Positions 1 to 11,907 of a stretch of 20,000 nt of DNA are shown here, one piece after another. Numbering within the stretch: the stretch's first letter is position 1; every line of letters starts with the position of its first letter. The translations under genes and the position numbers were made by a program. This DNA is from Paraglomus brasilianum (lineage: Eukaryota), in contig CAJVPI010000042.1 in assembly GCA_910592345.1 (NCBI GenBank), positions 51,161-71,160 of the forward strand, in the 5' to 3' direction. The notes beneath the pieces were generated by a model that was not told the origin of the DNA, made no database searches, and saw only the letters and a program-made list of their open reading frames with translations.

Positions 1-486
1 AATTGTAACCCAAAACGCGATAAAGAGTGATGCGAAGAAGGCAAACGCTGCAAATGGCCCAAGGAGAAGGAATCCGGAACCGACAAGGAAGCAGTTGGTT
101 ATCGTCCAAATAACAATACCTATTTATATGCACAATGTATAACAGTCAATTCATCATCCAATTTTTTTTTTTAATCTCGACTTGTACTTACCAGCAGCAC
201 TAGTGACAAGCAAACTACCAGCACTCCATGAAAGCCAAATTAACACGGGTACGACAAACAGTAAAGAAAAGGCAGTCGTAAAATCGGACAACAACTGGTA
301 TCTTCTTGCTCGTTCGTATGTATGCTTGGTAAATCGTTGAAACCATGAAGGAGTTTTCTGAAATGCCAACTCGGCGCGCTTCCTCGTGCGTTCAACAATG
401 GGGTTGATGGTTTGCTTTGTTTTCCTGGTCTTTTCTGACAACATTTCTGGAACATCGCGAGACAGTTGATCCATGGTTGATTGCAT
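1..486 (-). CDS. Hydrophobic membrane protein, promethin/LDAF1(Ldo16)-like lipid-droplet protein candidate; runs off the window at its 3' end. Exons 486-192 and 119-<1
   Basis: The ORF from ATG 486 splices at G|GTAAGT (191) to TAG| (120), a 72-nt intron, and stays in frame: ...LLSDFTTAFSLLFVVPVLIWLSWSAGSLLVTSAAGIVIWTITNCFLVGSGFLLLGPFAAFAFFASLFIAFWVTI. This is a ~70-aa almost charge-free stretch after a basic amphipathic N-terminus. Family assignment is by pattern resemblance only. Additional upstream exons are possible (acceptor at 515, donor at 877). Confidence 0.65.
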
Positions 487-1700
487 CGAATAGGCTTGTG
501 TAATAGATTTAAAACTGTGGAAACAGAATTAATCGGTCGGTTGGGTGTTATATAGCAGTTGTCGGAGGAGAATGATGATGATATCTTGCAGTTTTCGTGA
601 TTCTCTCTTTGATTTGTTTTCGTAGTGATGTGAATTTATTGTCGGAAATCATTTGATATGACGTAAATATGAGGCTGATGATAACCATGAGCCAATTTGT
701 GTGTGTCATCGGTTGTAATGGGCAACTGTTAATACCTCCCAAATATAGTTAAGCTTTAGTCACCAGTGTGATATCACATTCCAAAATAAGTCATCAACAG
801 TACAAAAACAAACACGTAATTTCCATATGCACATTCATTCATACCGACGTGTCGGATACTAATGATTTGAAACTCACCAGAGACAGGCATTAGTAGCAGT
901 TTCAATTACGACGATATTTATCCAATACAGAGTGAATGAATCCTCACAGTAATTTTGTCACATGAAAAAACGGTATGTAATGTGATGACGGTTCGTTGAA
1001 TGTCTTGTTTGTTTGTGGATTTAGCGGCAGTAAGACAATGTCAGTATAAAGAAGACGCCACGATTAATTACATATGCGCGCTCGATAAATATAAGGCTTT
1101 TATGTAATATGACCAATCCCGCCAGCTTTTAAACTCTTCGTGGCATTAAGGATTATTTAAATATTCCCATTCCTTGATGCTATTGGAAAGGCTTGTCTTT
1201 GAGATTTGGCAAACTCAATTATTTTCCTATCCCGCTTATTCGTTAGAATTTGCATTATGTTCTCTGGGCACTGTACGCTGTAAATTTGATGCCCGCCCTC
1301 AAATTTAAAACGTACCGAGCAAAGCAACGATAAACTCAGAAGCCGGCGTTAGTAAGTTTGGGTTAACATTATTAATACATTACATCTGATGATATAAAGG
1401 TTACTTACTTTAAAGTCCGAATCATCGTTATATCATGGAGGAAGAAGTACTAACCAAATAAGGCTAACATATATGATGTCCTAATTATAGAAACCGCGCA
1501 AGCCGTAGTTGAATAGTAATAGGTTACACACGTAAAAATATAAGAAATGACAGCGGAAACCCTGACAGATTTGGCAAATAGGTAAGTTAAAGAGGAGATA
1601 GGCTCTTGCAAATGAAGTGGGAAGATTTCTTTAGTGTTTGGATAAATTATACATGTCATATAATAAGATTAAAAGAAAACAATTATTTAGATTCTTTGCT

Positions 1701-1940
1701 TTAAATTTCTTCAACTTTTCGTTTCTTTCTTGGTTCACCATAAGTTGGTGTTAATGCTCGTTTATTGGATTCTATTTTTTGTTATTCTTCTTGATAAATT
1801 TCATAAGCGATTTTTTTTTCTTTATCTATAGACGTTCCTCGATCGAGAATTTTGATGCCATTCGTATGATCAATTTTTTCTCCTTGAGCTTCCTTTAAAA
1901 TGCTTCTAATTTTTGGGTTCCATGGTGGATTTAATGTAAA
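1701..1940 (-). pseudogene. Decayed 3' coding fragment ending in an SV40-type NLS (PRKKRKV)
   Basis: An 80-codon frame reads NPPWNPKIRSILKEAQGEKIDHTNGIKILDRGTSIDKEKKIAYEIYQEE*QKIESNKRALTPTYGEPRKKRKVEEI*. It has one internal TAA (1784-1782) and no in-frame start. Confidence 0.4.
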
Positions 1941-2248
1941 TTAGTTTCATATTTATATTTTATATAGAGATAATCCTATATTACGCATATTTAATATGTA
2001 ATTTTTAGATAGTAATAGAAGTTTGCTACATAAAATTTGTGTACAGGTTATCGCTGTGATAATCAAAATGTTGTTAGGCGAATTAATTAACTTTCAGCCT
2101 CTCATTTATGTCACATAATGAAATGTTCACTTAATGTCTGTACTTCTGGATAGGCTTTATTATTATTGGCAGATAAGAAAATGCAACTACAGATAATTCA
2201 ACCGCTGGTTACGGAACATTTTTTGACATTTATTATTATTCTATTGTA

Positions 2249-2331
2249 AGTAACTGACGATAATTCGACTTGTACGTTAATTCGATCGATAACCTCGGAA
2301 CGCAAGCGGTCGAATTATAGGCAGTTGACTG
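2249..2331. mobile_element. Miniature Tc1/mariner (pogo/Tigger-like) MITE relic, ~83 bp
   Basis: Inverted repeats AACTGACGATAATTCGAC (2252-2269) and GTCGAATTATAGGCAGTT (2309-2326) match at 16/18. The right end reads CAGTCAACTG.. on the minus strand, and TA flanks both sides (2247-2248, 2332-2333). Confidence 0.6.
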
Positions 2332-2834
2332 TACCATTTCACTCATACTCACACACACACACTTTCCATCTCACTTGCAACCACCTTCTCTTCGAGTAAC
2401 AGAGAGACAAGACTAAAAGATGAACGATTAAAGCCAGGGAAACGTTGTATGATGCCCAAGCAGTTATAATATTTTTTGCGTCACTAAATTAATATGACTA
2501 TGACGTGATTTTTGAGATTATGAACCGCGATACTCGCAACGATTAGGTAATAGAAAATCGGTCATGTGGATTTCAGCATAGCCGTGACATATATTATTGA
2601 AATAGTATTAGGCCACTCAACCAATACATGTTAGACTTGTCTACTTTATGTTTCTTCGATTTTTCGCGTCATCATAAATTTGTGTTAATACTCGCTCATC
2701 CCGGTAAATCCGCAATATCAGTATATCTTTGCATGCTCTTGACATGAAAAGGTCATATTTATCGAGTAACTTCATTCGGAGCATTAAATTACAGCATAAC
2801 AGCCTTTATTGTGAATTTCCTGCCATCTGAATCT

Positions 2835-3584
2835 TTAGTGATGTTTCTGTTCGAATCGTATTCCACCTAAAATTCAATTCATCAATTAACGTAATAGCTG
2901 ACTGAACGCAAAAAAACAAAAAACAAAACCGAATGTGACATCAAATCAAGTGCTTACAGTATCCGCATGCGTGTGCTCCAGGTTTATCCTGCAAAGCATT
3001 AGATAAATACAAAATCATTAACACAAACAAACAAACAATTACATACCAAATTTATATAAACTCTCGGATGACCCAAACTTCCGCCGTCTACGATTGAATC
3101 AAGATTAGACATTAAAAGCGTAAATAATTGCAACGGCTCTTATATATCAATTACCTCCATCGCAAACAGCGGATCGTCCCTCAACATAATGAATTGGCTC
3201 CTCCGCGATCAACTCAATTGCGGCTACTGGACGAGGCTATGTTTGATAAAGTAAATGATAATTAACAATTGACCGCTCGCTCAGCATCAGAACATGAAAG
3301 AAAGCACCAACCTGGACTTCGAGATCAGTTTGCTCAAACCTCGGCCCAACCAAAGCGTCTGTTCGTTCTCTTTGACTACGAGACCATGGCTCAGCTCGAT
3401 CCGGTGCTTGCTTGAACACTTCGGCGTCTGTGGAGACAGGTGGAGGCGACTTTACCGGCACATCACTTCCTGAAGAAGACGAATATTTCCGAAAGGAAGA
3501 AACAAGAGGAAGGGGTCTCTGGGCAAAAACACTCCTCTGTCCTGAGAGCGACAGGGATCTTGCCAGAAAGGAACGAGTGTTCAT
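2835..3584 (-). CDS. NDUFS6: NADH:ubiquinone oxidoreductase 13-kDa zinc-binding subunit (NDUFS6/NUMM, zf-CHCC domain), 152 aa. Exons 3584-3312, 3236-3155, 3087-3047, 2988-2958, 2866-2835
   Basis: The spliced product has an Arg/Ser-rich mitochondrial presequence (MNTRSFLARSLSLSG...RKYSSS), then [77 protein letters not shown], the canonical CHCC zinc motif. All four introns are GT-AG and preserve frame. Confidence 0.96.
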
Positions 3585-4120
3585 TGCGATTTCAAAGAAT
3601 ACAGAGAGGATATTCGAAAATTTGTTCAAGTTATTGTTACACTAGTTACCAAGTTTGGTTACGGTACTATTTAAATTCTTCTAGCCGAGATGCCAACTCG
3701 GTAAGAGCTTTTGTAAAGATTCAGTAATACCTTCAACCTAGCGGTGAAGATTACTCATATTGGGGGAAAAGTCTTTCTGAGATCACTCTGTCAGGCTGAG
3801 GACTGGGCTCAGATCATACAACAGCATCTTTATTTAATCGTTTTGTGGGGTTGCTTCTATTTGACATGCCAGAGTTCAATTATTTTCTTGTGGATCAACC
3901 GGTTTACTCTTGCAAAAATATGCATTTTTCTGGGACTGTTAATGGTAATGTGGAATGTGAAGCTTTACGCTCAATCACGTGCAAGAGTCAACCTTCCCCG
4001 CTAAATCAATGCGTATTTTAGGAGATAATGAATAATTTTGCCGCAGCGTGCCCTTGATGTTACACAATAAATACTTAATTATCAAATGTGTTTGTCATTT
4101 TCAATCCTCTATTTTCCCAA
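3585..4120. promoter_or_regulatory. Putative divergent (bidirectional) promoter region between NDUFS6 and the hypothetical gene
   Basis: Head-to-head ATGs at 3584 (-) and 4121 (+), with 536 bp between them. No specific motif is claimed. Confidence 0.45.
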
Positions 4121-5082
4121 ATGTCACTAAGCAACAATTATGACTTCTCTCTTACCGGAGAATGTCTGATCAAAATGTGCGAAGATGCTTACCTTGCCGG
4201 ATACCATTCGATAACACTAGTTCTGCATCCTACGACCAAGGTTACAGTAAATACTAGCGAGGATATGCTTGAAAATGGCTTGGAATATGTCCATGTAATA
4301 CATAATTCAAATCCAATGATAACAACAAGTAGCGATAGACTTTCAGACGAGATTGAATCCGACGATTCGAATGAATCTGATATTACCCAAGGGACAGAAT
4401 CGCTCAAAGATGAAAAGACTTTTTCAGAGAAAAAATCAGGTACAAATCTTTTGTTCTAAGATGCAAGTTCTGCTAAGTTGTCGATACATTCGGGGTAAAC
4501 CATACTAATTCTATGTAACGACCGATGATAGAACCATCCGAGTCTAGTCCCCTAAAAATCACCGATATTCTCTTTCTACAACGAAAGGAACAAAAAGAAA
4601 TTGCAGAACTTTTAACAGATATTCACTCACCCACTAATCAAGCCCCGAGATACAAAGTATCGGAAAGGATTCCAGTCGATCTGCTCAAAGATAAACTGAA
4701 AAGAGAATACACATTGACCATGATGCAAACAAGAAATTTTGCACTGGGTGGTCGGAAACCAAAATTATCAACTGATAAAGACATGAAAGCTTATATAAAA
4801 GGATTGAAAGCCGCTTATAGATTAGGGGCGGTTTTTGCATTTGCTTTAAGTCATCCAGAACGCATTACTTGGGACGAAATAGTTGAAGCTACGTCTGCAC
4901 CACCTGACAAATTGCAAAAAGCGATCAAATTCGCAATACGTATTTATGAATTGTTCAAGATTCTAGGCAACGAGGCATTTAACAAGGCTCAGAATATGAG
5001 TCTCAACTTTATGAACAGACTAGACGATGAAGAATACAGCGTCTTAATCGAATGCTTAAAAAGCATCAAGAAAACCAAATAA
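4121..5082 (+). CDS. Hypothetical protein, 289 aa, 2 exons (4121-4439, 4532-5082), with an acidic linker and a helical C-terminal domain
   Basis: ORFs 4088-4459 and 4525-5082 join in frame via CAG|GTACAA (4440), branch site TACTAAT (4503-4509) and TAG| (4531), a 92-nt intron. The C-terminal AIRIYELFKILG...SLNFMNRLDDEEY resembles, from memory, an uncharacterised domain common in Glomeromycotina hypothetical proteins. Confidence 0.8.
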
Positions 5083-6742
5083 TATACACCCGGTTATGGT
5101 AAAAAAAGAAAAGACAGTATTGGCAGATAAATACAGGTTAGTGGTTTCTTTGACTGAAAAAAAAAAAAAAAAACTCTCCCACTTTTTTGAATGAGAATGT
5201 TTAGATGTTATTTATGACAATCTTACAATGTTTTCCTTTTATATTCACACCTACGATATGAACTGCTCCATAATTCATTACCAATAAATGCTTCTTCAAT
5301 AGTAAATAGAATTTATTCACAGAACATGTTTCTCGCTTACAACCCAACCCAACCCCTTTTTCTTTATACGGCGGCATGAGGTCAAAACGCCAGTTTATTC
5401 ACAATGTGGGGACCCGCGATATCACACACGGAGACTGACTGTTTGCATAAGTTAGCATAATTATAGGTGATGATGCGAGAGTCTCACTGTTAATTTTGTA
5501 CACCAATGCATATAAATAAGTCCCACACCAACAGCTCTTGAAAGCTCACCGGTAAAGTCTGCTTCTCTTTGATCAATGATTATACCAAGCATATTACTCG
5601 TTCGACCCTCGCGTTCATGTAATGGCTTTCGTATCGGCTCACAATGTTTATTTGTTCAGACCCCATTATATTCGAGTGCGAGGCTTCTTTTCTGATACTT
5701 TGTCAGTTCTGCAATTGCGGCATTATCCGCAGTAGGTACTTCGAACCCAACTGGTCATAGTATTCTAAACCGGATTATATTATTGTTCGACACGAGCTAT
5801 GTTCTCAAATTCTACTGGAATACCTTAATAGGAAACTTTCAATCCTGGTCTTCACTGACGCAGCCGTAAGTACTTTACTCATATTCAGTGCTTTCTCCTC
5901 AAATTGGTAGATATACTCCTGTGATCTTTCGATATTCTTGGCGCGCAACAACAATTGTGATCTGAAATTATACAAGGCCGTAAGGTGCCATGACAGAGAG
6001 GGGAAAGCACTTTCCTACTGAAAAGAAGCGAGCGACAGAATGCCCGATTCCGATATCGTTGCCTTTTACTAGTCGCATCCATAGTGTGATAATTAATAAT
6101 AGACACACAAAGATCCCTGAAATAATATGTATATACCAAGGACCCCGGAAGTTTGCAGGAAGGGCAAATCGGCACTTAGAATAAACACATACTCTATCCC
6201 TCGTGAATCAAATTGTACAGGGGGTGAACCTGTCTACCGCTCACAATGCGTTTGCTAACGTTTGATTAAAAAAATATATAGCACGTAACGGTGAACTGAT
6301 AACTCGAATATCTTAATTCAATTACGTCTGTACATCTCGCGATATGGATCATTTAATGGGAGCGTTGTGTAATTTGGAACCGTTGCAAGAAAAAAGAAAA
6401 GGACAAATAAACCAAGTTTGATTAGGAAGATTCTCTCGAGAAAAGCAAAAGCTACGTTACCATGAGAAAAGACGAGAATCTCGCTTAGATAATTGGTCTT
6501 TAGTTTATGCCTTTTCTTAATCGTCGGATAAATACATCTTGACGGTAACATCGTATTATCAAATTATTAGTAATTATTGCCTACAAGAATCTGTTGTAGC
6601 CATTTAAAGGAAAAATCCGGCTCACAGAAGAGTCATAGCACCCCCTCATCAAATACTTCTTTGCAGGTGTAATTGTGCTTCCCAGCCATATGAACGGTTT
6701 TCTCGTCGGAAAATTCATACTATGTACAATAAATAAAACTAT

Positions 6743-8277
6743 TCATGGCGGAGCTGGATTCTTTTTCGCTATTACTTGGAATACCTCATAATCATCAATA
6801 GCGAACGCTTCCTTGTTCTTTCGAATGGGCCTTTCATACGACATCCTCTTGGCTGTACAAATAAAATTGTCCTTAGCACTCTCCTTCATCTGCAAATCAC
6901 TTATCCCAAAAGACGGTCCAAACGAAGGCATGCTATGCACAGCTCTTGTGACTTCTTGTACTCGACTAACTAGTACATTCTGCAAAGTGTCGTCACAAAA
7001 CGAAAATAGAAAGCTGTCAGATGTTTCCTGCCACTCGTCAAAACCTTGTTTTTTCCATGGAAGAGGATTATAACCGCCAAGTATTTCGAAGGAATCGCGG
7101 ACCTTTATTATGGTAACGGTATGTGACTGGGCATCGCATCTGTCATGAAAAATGGTGGTAGAAAATCCATCACGACTGCCTCTGAGAAATAACCGAAATT
7201 CATAAGGAATCCCAGCGGAAGTATATGGAGTAAAGCCACTGGTTGAGATGTTCTCATCTTTACGATCGATCCAAGAAGAAATGAGTGCTGCATGTCGCCA
7301 ATCGATGATACTTGATTTCGTTCTCGCGGGAGCAAGCCGAGCTGACGTTAATTGGTTACCGGGAACGAGGTAGTAATGAAGTAAATCCTCGTATTGATCC
7401 GTTGGGAGTATCCGTCGAAATGGCTTGACCTTGTTATAAAAGTCTATAGAGTGCATCTGGGAGAAATTAATCAAAGGAACAATTTTATAGAGAGCAGTTC
7501 GAAGAACCGTAAAGTCCGAATGTGTCCATTTGCTTATATCTCTTTCCAAATTATGCGTTTGTGAAATCCCCCATCGTAGCATATGATCCCAGATATCGAC
7601 TTCATCCATTCTAATATCGCTGCGTTTCAGTAACAATAAAAGAACTCTTTCGTCGATATCAAGAAAGTCGTTGGCTTTAAAAACGAGCTCGGGAAATTCC
7701 TGCACTATTTGATCACAGTAAGCTTGAAGTTTCTTGAAACTGTCATTGAACGCGGCTGTACGATAAACAAGAGCGAAATTCTTTTTGAGCCATTCATCAT
7801 TGTTGCTTCGAAGATGGTCCTGAATACAATCGCACAGTTCAGGAAGACATAATTCTTCGGCTGCTATTAGAATATCGAGGATTGTCGCGTTATCCTTTAC
7901 CAAATCAAAAGACATCCTTCCATTGTAAATGTATCTGTATGTGAACGATTGAGTTAGTAGTAACCGATCGATCGAAAAGATTTTAGCATATTTTTAGGCA
8001 ATCCCCTCTTAAAAACGGACCTTAAAATAATTTTAAAAACGTCAGGTGATATACTGGGCTTTTTTAATACTATAAGATTATCTTTTTTCTTGGCCCATTC
8101 GCTTGACAATGCTTGACGAAAAAATGATGATCGAGCCCTTAATACGACTGAATGCGCTCCCAAGACTTTCATCTCTGATTCTTTTCCAGCATATATCGCA
8201 ACATTATAATCGTCTGCATCATCAAGAAGGACATCAAAGTCCCGAGATAAGATGTCAATAAGTTCAATGTCAGACAT
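6743..8277 (-). CDS. BTB/POZ-BACK-TLDc domain protein, 482 aa, 2 exons (8277-8021, 7934-6743)
   Basis: BTB motifs DYNVAIYAG..AHSVVLRARSSFF..ISPDVFKIILR-YIYNG are restored by splicing AG|GTCCGT (8020) to CAG| (7935), with branch site CTACTAAC. BACK region: LLKRSDIRMDEVDIWDHMLRWG. TLDc: LFLRGSRDGF..FHDRCD..ILGGYNPLPW..TSDSFLFSF..GPSFG..DYEVFQV. This architecture is strongly expanded in AM fungi. Confidence 0.93.
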
Positions 8278-11123
8278 TGCTTTATCAAAAAGTTGGGGGG
8301 CGAAGGACGATTGCTGGCTGGCTTATACATCATGCATAGGCGTAAAAGTTGCCATTTTCAGGTAGATATTAATTATACTAATACTGACAAATTTCAGGGG
8401 TTAACTCGTTAAGCCACAAAGGGTAGTTATATAAACGCTTATTATTATTGTCACTTGCCGCTTTTATCAACATCTGAAAGCTAATTCGCTTGCTATTCTG
8501 GGAATATTTTCTCCACTCACCCCCACAAATGCCTCTAATTCAGTAATGGCACTTGTTTTGCTTATGGGAACTGTTGGCCATTCTCATGAAGAAGCAGCGT
8601 TTGTGAGAAGGTTGCTGCCAACAATTTCTACAAAATATTCAGTGCGACAAATTGCATGTGTAAATTGCATGTGTAAACAAGTCTTGTTGACAACGAGCAT
8701 GGTACACCATACTAATACTGTCGTAATTGAGAGATTTATTGGATGGCATACGCGAAGCAAAGACTTGTGGAGCCTTTGAAACAAAAAGGTCTTGGCGAGA
8801 AACTCTTAACGAAAGGCTGCAGGAAGAAATAAAGGGATTTAATGTCATAAGCGGCGATGGGTTACTAATACTAATTATAATTAACTTGAGCGTTAATTTG
8901 TCTGTAAAAAGAGAAAGATAACTGATATATAATATTATAATATACTAGATGGCGTGTTACTTATCTGTGCTGCATATTCATTGGCTGAGACGTATACGTA
9001 CTTACATTCTAGGTGTATTATTAATTTTAAGTCTTACAATTTAACGCAAACATGCATAATTAACGTGATTGTCAATAACATTGGATTAATAGTGATCTGT
9101 TAACTTTAAAGACTTATTTATTAGGAACGTCTGAATAAATTCCAAGACTATCAAAAGAATATTGCTTTAAATTATTAAGCGCATACTCTTGCTTGGCGCC
9201 TGCGAATGCAGCTACGCTTTACACAAACGCTTTCCCACGCATTAGCTAGATTTTAGCTGCGTATGCAATTATTGAAAGATAAAATTGCTGGGGTTTCCGA
9301 GCTTTTTAGAACATAGCAAATCCGGATTTATTGAAGATAACTAAAAATTTTAGCCGCTTATTATTTAGTAAAAGCACATTTAAGAGAAGAGAAAAAAAAG
9401 AAAAAGGATTTAGGAATATTATAAATGTCTCGCTGATATTTTGGTTTATGACTATTGAGTTGAATTATTTAATTTTTCTAAGTTTGTTAGACTAGTAGGT
9501 TGCATATTTTGATCATATTTATGAAATTTACATGGTTTGTGTTAAAAAGAATGGTTTTATAATTGTGTGACATAACGTTAACAGCTTAAATTTTTGTTTT
9601 GTATATTTGTTTGAAAACGCCTTCTTGCAAGAACATGTATAACCGAGTAATATGGAAGCTTAATTAGCGTTGGGGGTTGTTTTTTGTTGTTTTGTTGTTA
9701 TTTTTGTCAAATCTCAAGAAAATAAATGTTCATATTATTGCCTCCATTACGAAAACGAAAGGATCTATGTGCCATTCTCTGAAAATGTCGTACTTTTTTT
9801 CTTTCGCAATTATTTAGCGCACGGGTAAAATTTGGCATCATGACCAGGTAAGTGTTAAAACCATTTGCTCAATAGTTTCTGCCGTTTTCTTTTTCTCATT
9901 TTGATTTGTTCTTATGAGGAGGCTGTGGAGGACTTGGTTATCTTGCCTAATGACTGTCGAACTAGCGTTCCTTCTTATATAGAAATTACCCAGCCCCCTA
10001 ATTTGCATTATTTAGTCTAAATTTATCACACTCTTGCAAGAAGGTAAGATTGAAACACGGACTACCACTTGCGTCAATGTTTCGTCCCATTGAAACAATA
10101 AAAGCGTCATCCATGCAAAGTTTTTCTGCGGTGTTATGCCTCATTTCGATATTACTTACGTTTCTTGCAACCCACATTTGTTACCCAAATCAATTTATGA
10201 CAAGACAAAGAGCTTAGTCATTGGCACCTGACCTCATGTATTTTTGTATCAGAAACTATACGAATCCATACTAAATAATAACTACACTCCCCACAAAAGT
10301 TTTCAACAGGCCTTGAAATTTATAGTAAACCATATAAAAAATCTTTTTATTATTATATGTAGTCTGCATATGTAAGTAGCAACTACTTATGTATCATTAT
10401 GAAGCAGCACTTTTCGAACAATTAAAATGTATTATCAGTACAAATATTATGTTTTCGTATACACTAACACTTCATCAAACTACAACTATACAACAATTTA
10501 GACAAATAGACCAAGGAGATAATCCCATTTCCATGGCTGATGGATATCATTCCGAACGATCTTATTCTTTAGCCTGGTATTTGGAGGTAATGGTGATACC
10601 AGTGTAGATCGTAAATGTCCTTTGCGATTATCAGTGATTCGTTAGACAATCAAGGAGAAGGGTTGTTTAGGACAATGACTGAGTGGCATCAACCGCGCGT
10701 CTAGATTTCCACAACTTCGGTAGTAGGAGTTGTTTCATATTCAGACATTTATAAATAAACTTGATATACAGGGATTGGGGTCTAATAAGTGAGTTAATGA
10801 CGAGTCTGTAACCATATGGGATAAATGTTTAGATAAACTAGAACCTTAATTAGTAACTGATCGAATATTGTAATACTGCCCCTTGTCTGTATGTACAACT
10901 TACGCTAATTGCGCAATCAGTAAATTGACGAATATATTACCTTCATACCCTTTTCTCTTATTCAATGCGCTCAACCATGCATGCTAATCTTGTACAACCA
11001 ACAAATATGTCATTAATGGACGCAGTGTATCTATTCGTTAAGACGATTGGATGTCCCAATGCAGAACAAAGGTGGACATTCAGCTAACTATACGTAGTAC
11101 CGATCGAAGCATAACAAAGCTTA

Positions 11124-11907
11124 CTAGGTATTCGGGTTGGGTTCAGTTTGATATTCAATTCTCAACAATTTCCACTCCTCTGAAAATATTACAGAGCCAT
11201 GATGTGTTTCGACTTGATTAAGCAACTTTATGAGATAAATAACTTGGCTTTCATAATTGCAAGTAACCTCCTTTGTTGCATGACCCTTTTGTTTGCTCTT
11301 CATATCTAGCAGCAATTTCTTTCTTTCTTGGACAGGTACTGTATTTGCAATTAAATATAGAGGTTTTATTTCGTAGTGCTATCATATTAATATACAGACG
11401 ATAGAATTTTAAACGGCTGGCCGACGATGCCTCTGCCGCTTTAACTTTTTTCAATTTCATGCTTTAATCCGCTTCTGTCATTCGGTCGCTTTTTCCGCAA
11501 AAGAAAGAAAGAAGCAAGGTTAGTTATAGAACTTAAATCATTATCCTGATTACTATCCGCATACTCATTATTCAATCTAATCATACTACCCGATTTTAAT
11601 CAACGTCCTAATACTAACTCACGTTTGCATAATTTGTCTAATCTTCCCATATTTCCCCATCGCTTGCTCTACGGTGTCTCTTTACTCATCCACAGATTCT
11701 CTTCCGACACTTGGCGGATTATGGGAGTAGCCATAATATGGTCAATTGGTCACAATTTTTACTGACTATAAATAATATAGATCCTCTGGAAAGGACAGGT
11801 TGGGGATTAGGACTATTCATGAGATAATTCATCGTCCTTTTCCTTGGGAGGTGCAGGATTTCGAACGGCAGAAAGACTTCAGACCCCTTAGAGATGATCG
11901 TAAACAA
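11124..11907 (-). pseudogene. Possible degenerate spliced gene relic
   Basis: Three short same-strand ORFs, two of them overlapping in different frames (11124-11315, 11251-11460). Between them and the third lies an intron-like segment with a GTGAGT donor near 11622, an ACTAAC branch site and a pyrimidine tract near 11500-11525. No recognisable domain. Confidence 0.25.

Noticed and set aside
2350..2362. (CA)n microsatellite
   Set aside because: Only about six units; unremarkable.
3412..4004. Plus-strand ORFs 3412-3645, 3440-3727 and 3744-4004
   Set aside because: Antisense shadows of NDUFS6 or promoter-region ORFs with non-ATG starts and no protein-like features.
5157..5173. Poly(A) run after the hypothetical gene as a retrocopy tail
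   Set aside because: The gene retains an intron and no TSD is visible; homopolymer runs are common in this AT-rich DNA.
6776..7335. Short ORFs inside the BTB-BACK-TLDc gene
   Set aside because: Alternative-frame or antisense shadows of a well-supported CDS.
8546..8921. Cluster of four short ORFs upstream of the BTB gene
   Set aside because: Overlapping on both strands, with no domain and no convincing splice model.
10690..10750. Short minus-strand MSEYETTPTTEVVEI* resembling the start of some fungal repeat-family proteins
   Set aside because: Only 15 codons with no supporting downstream sequence.
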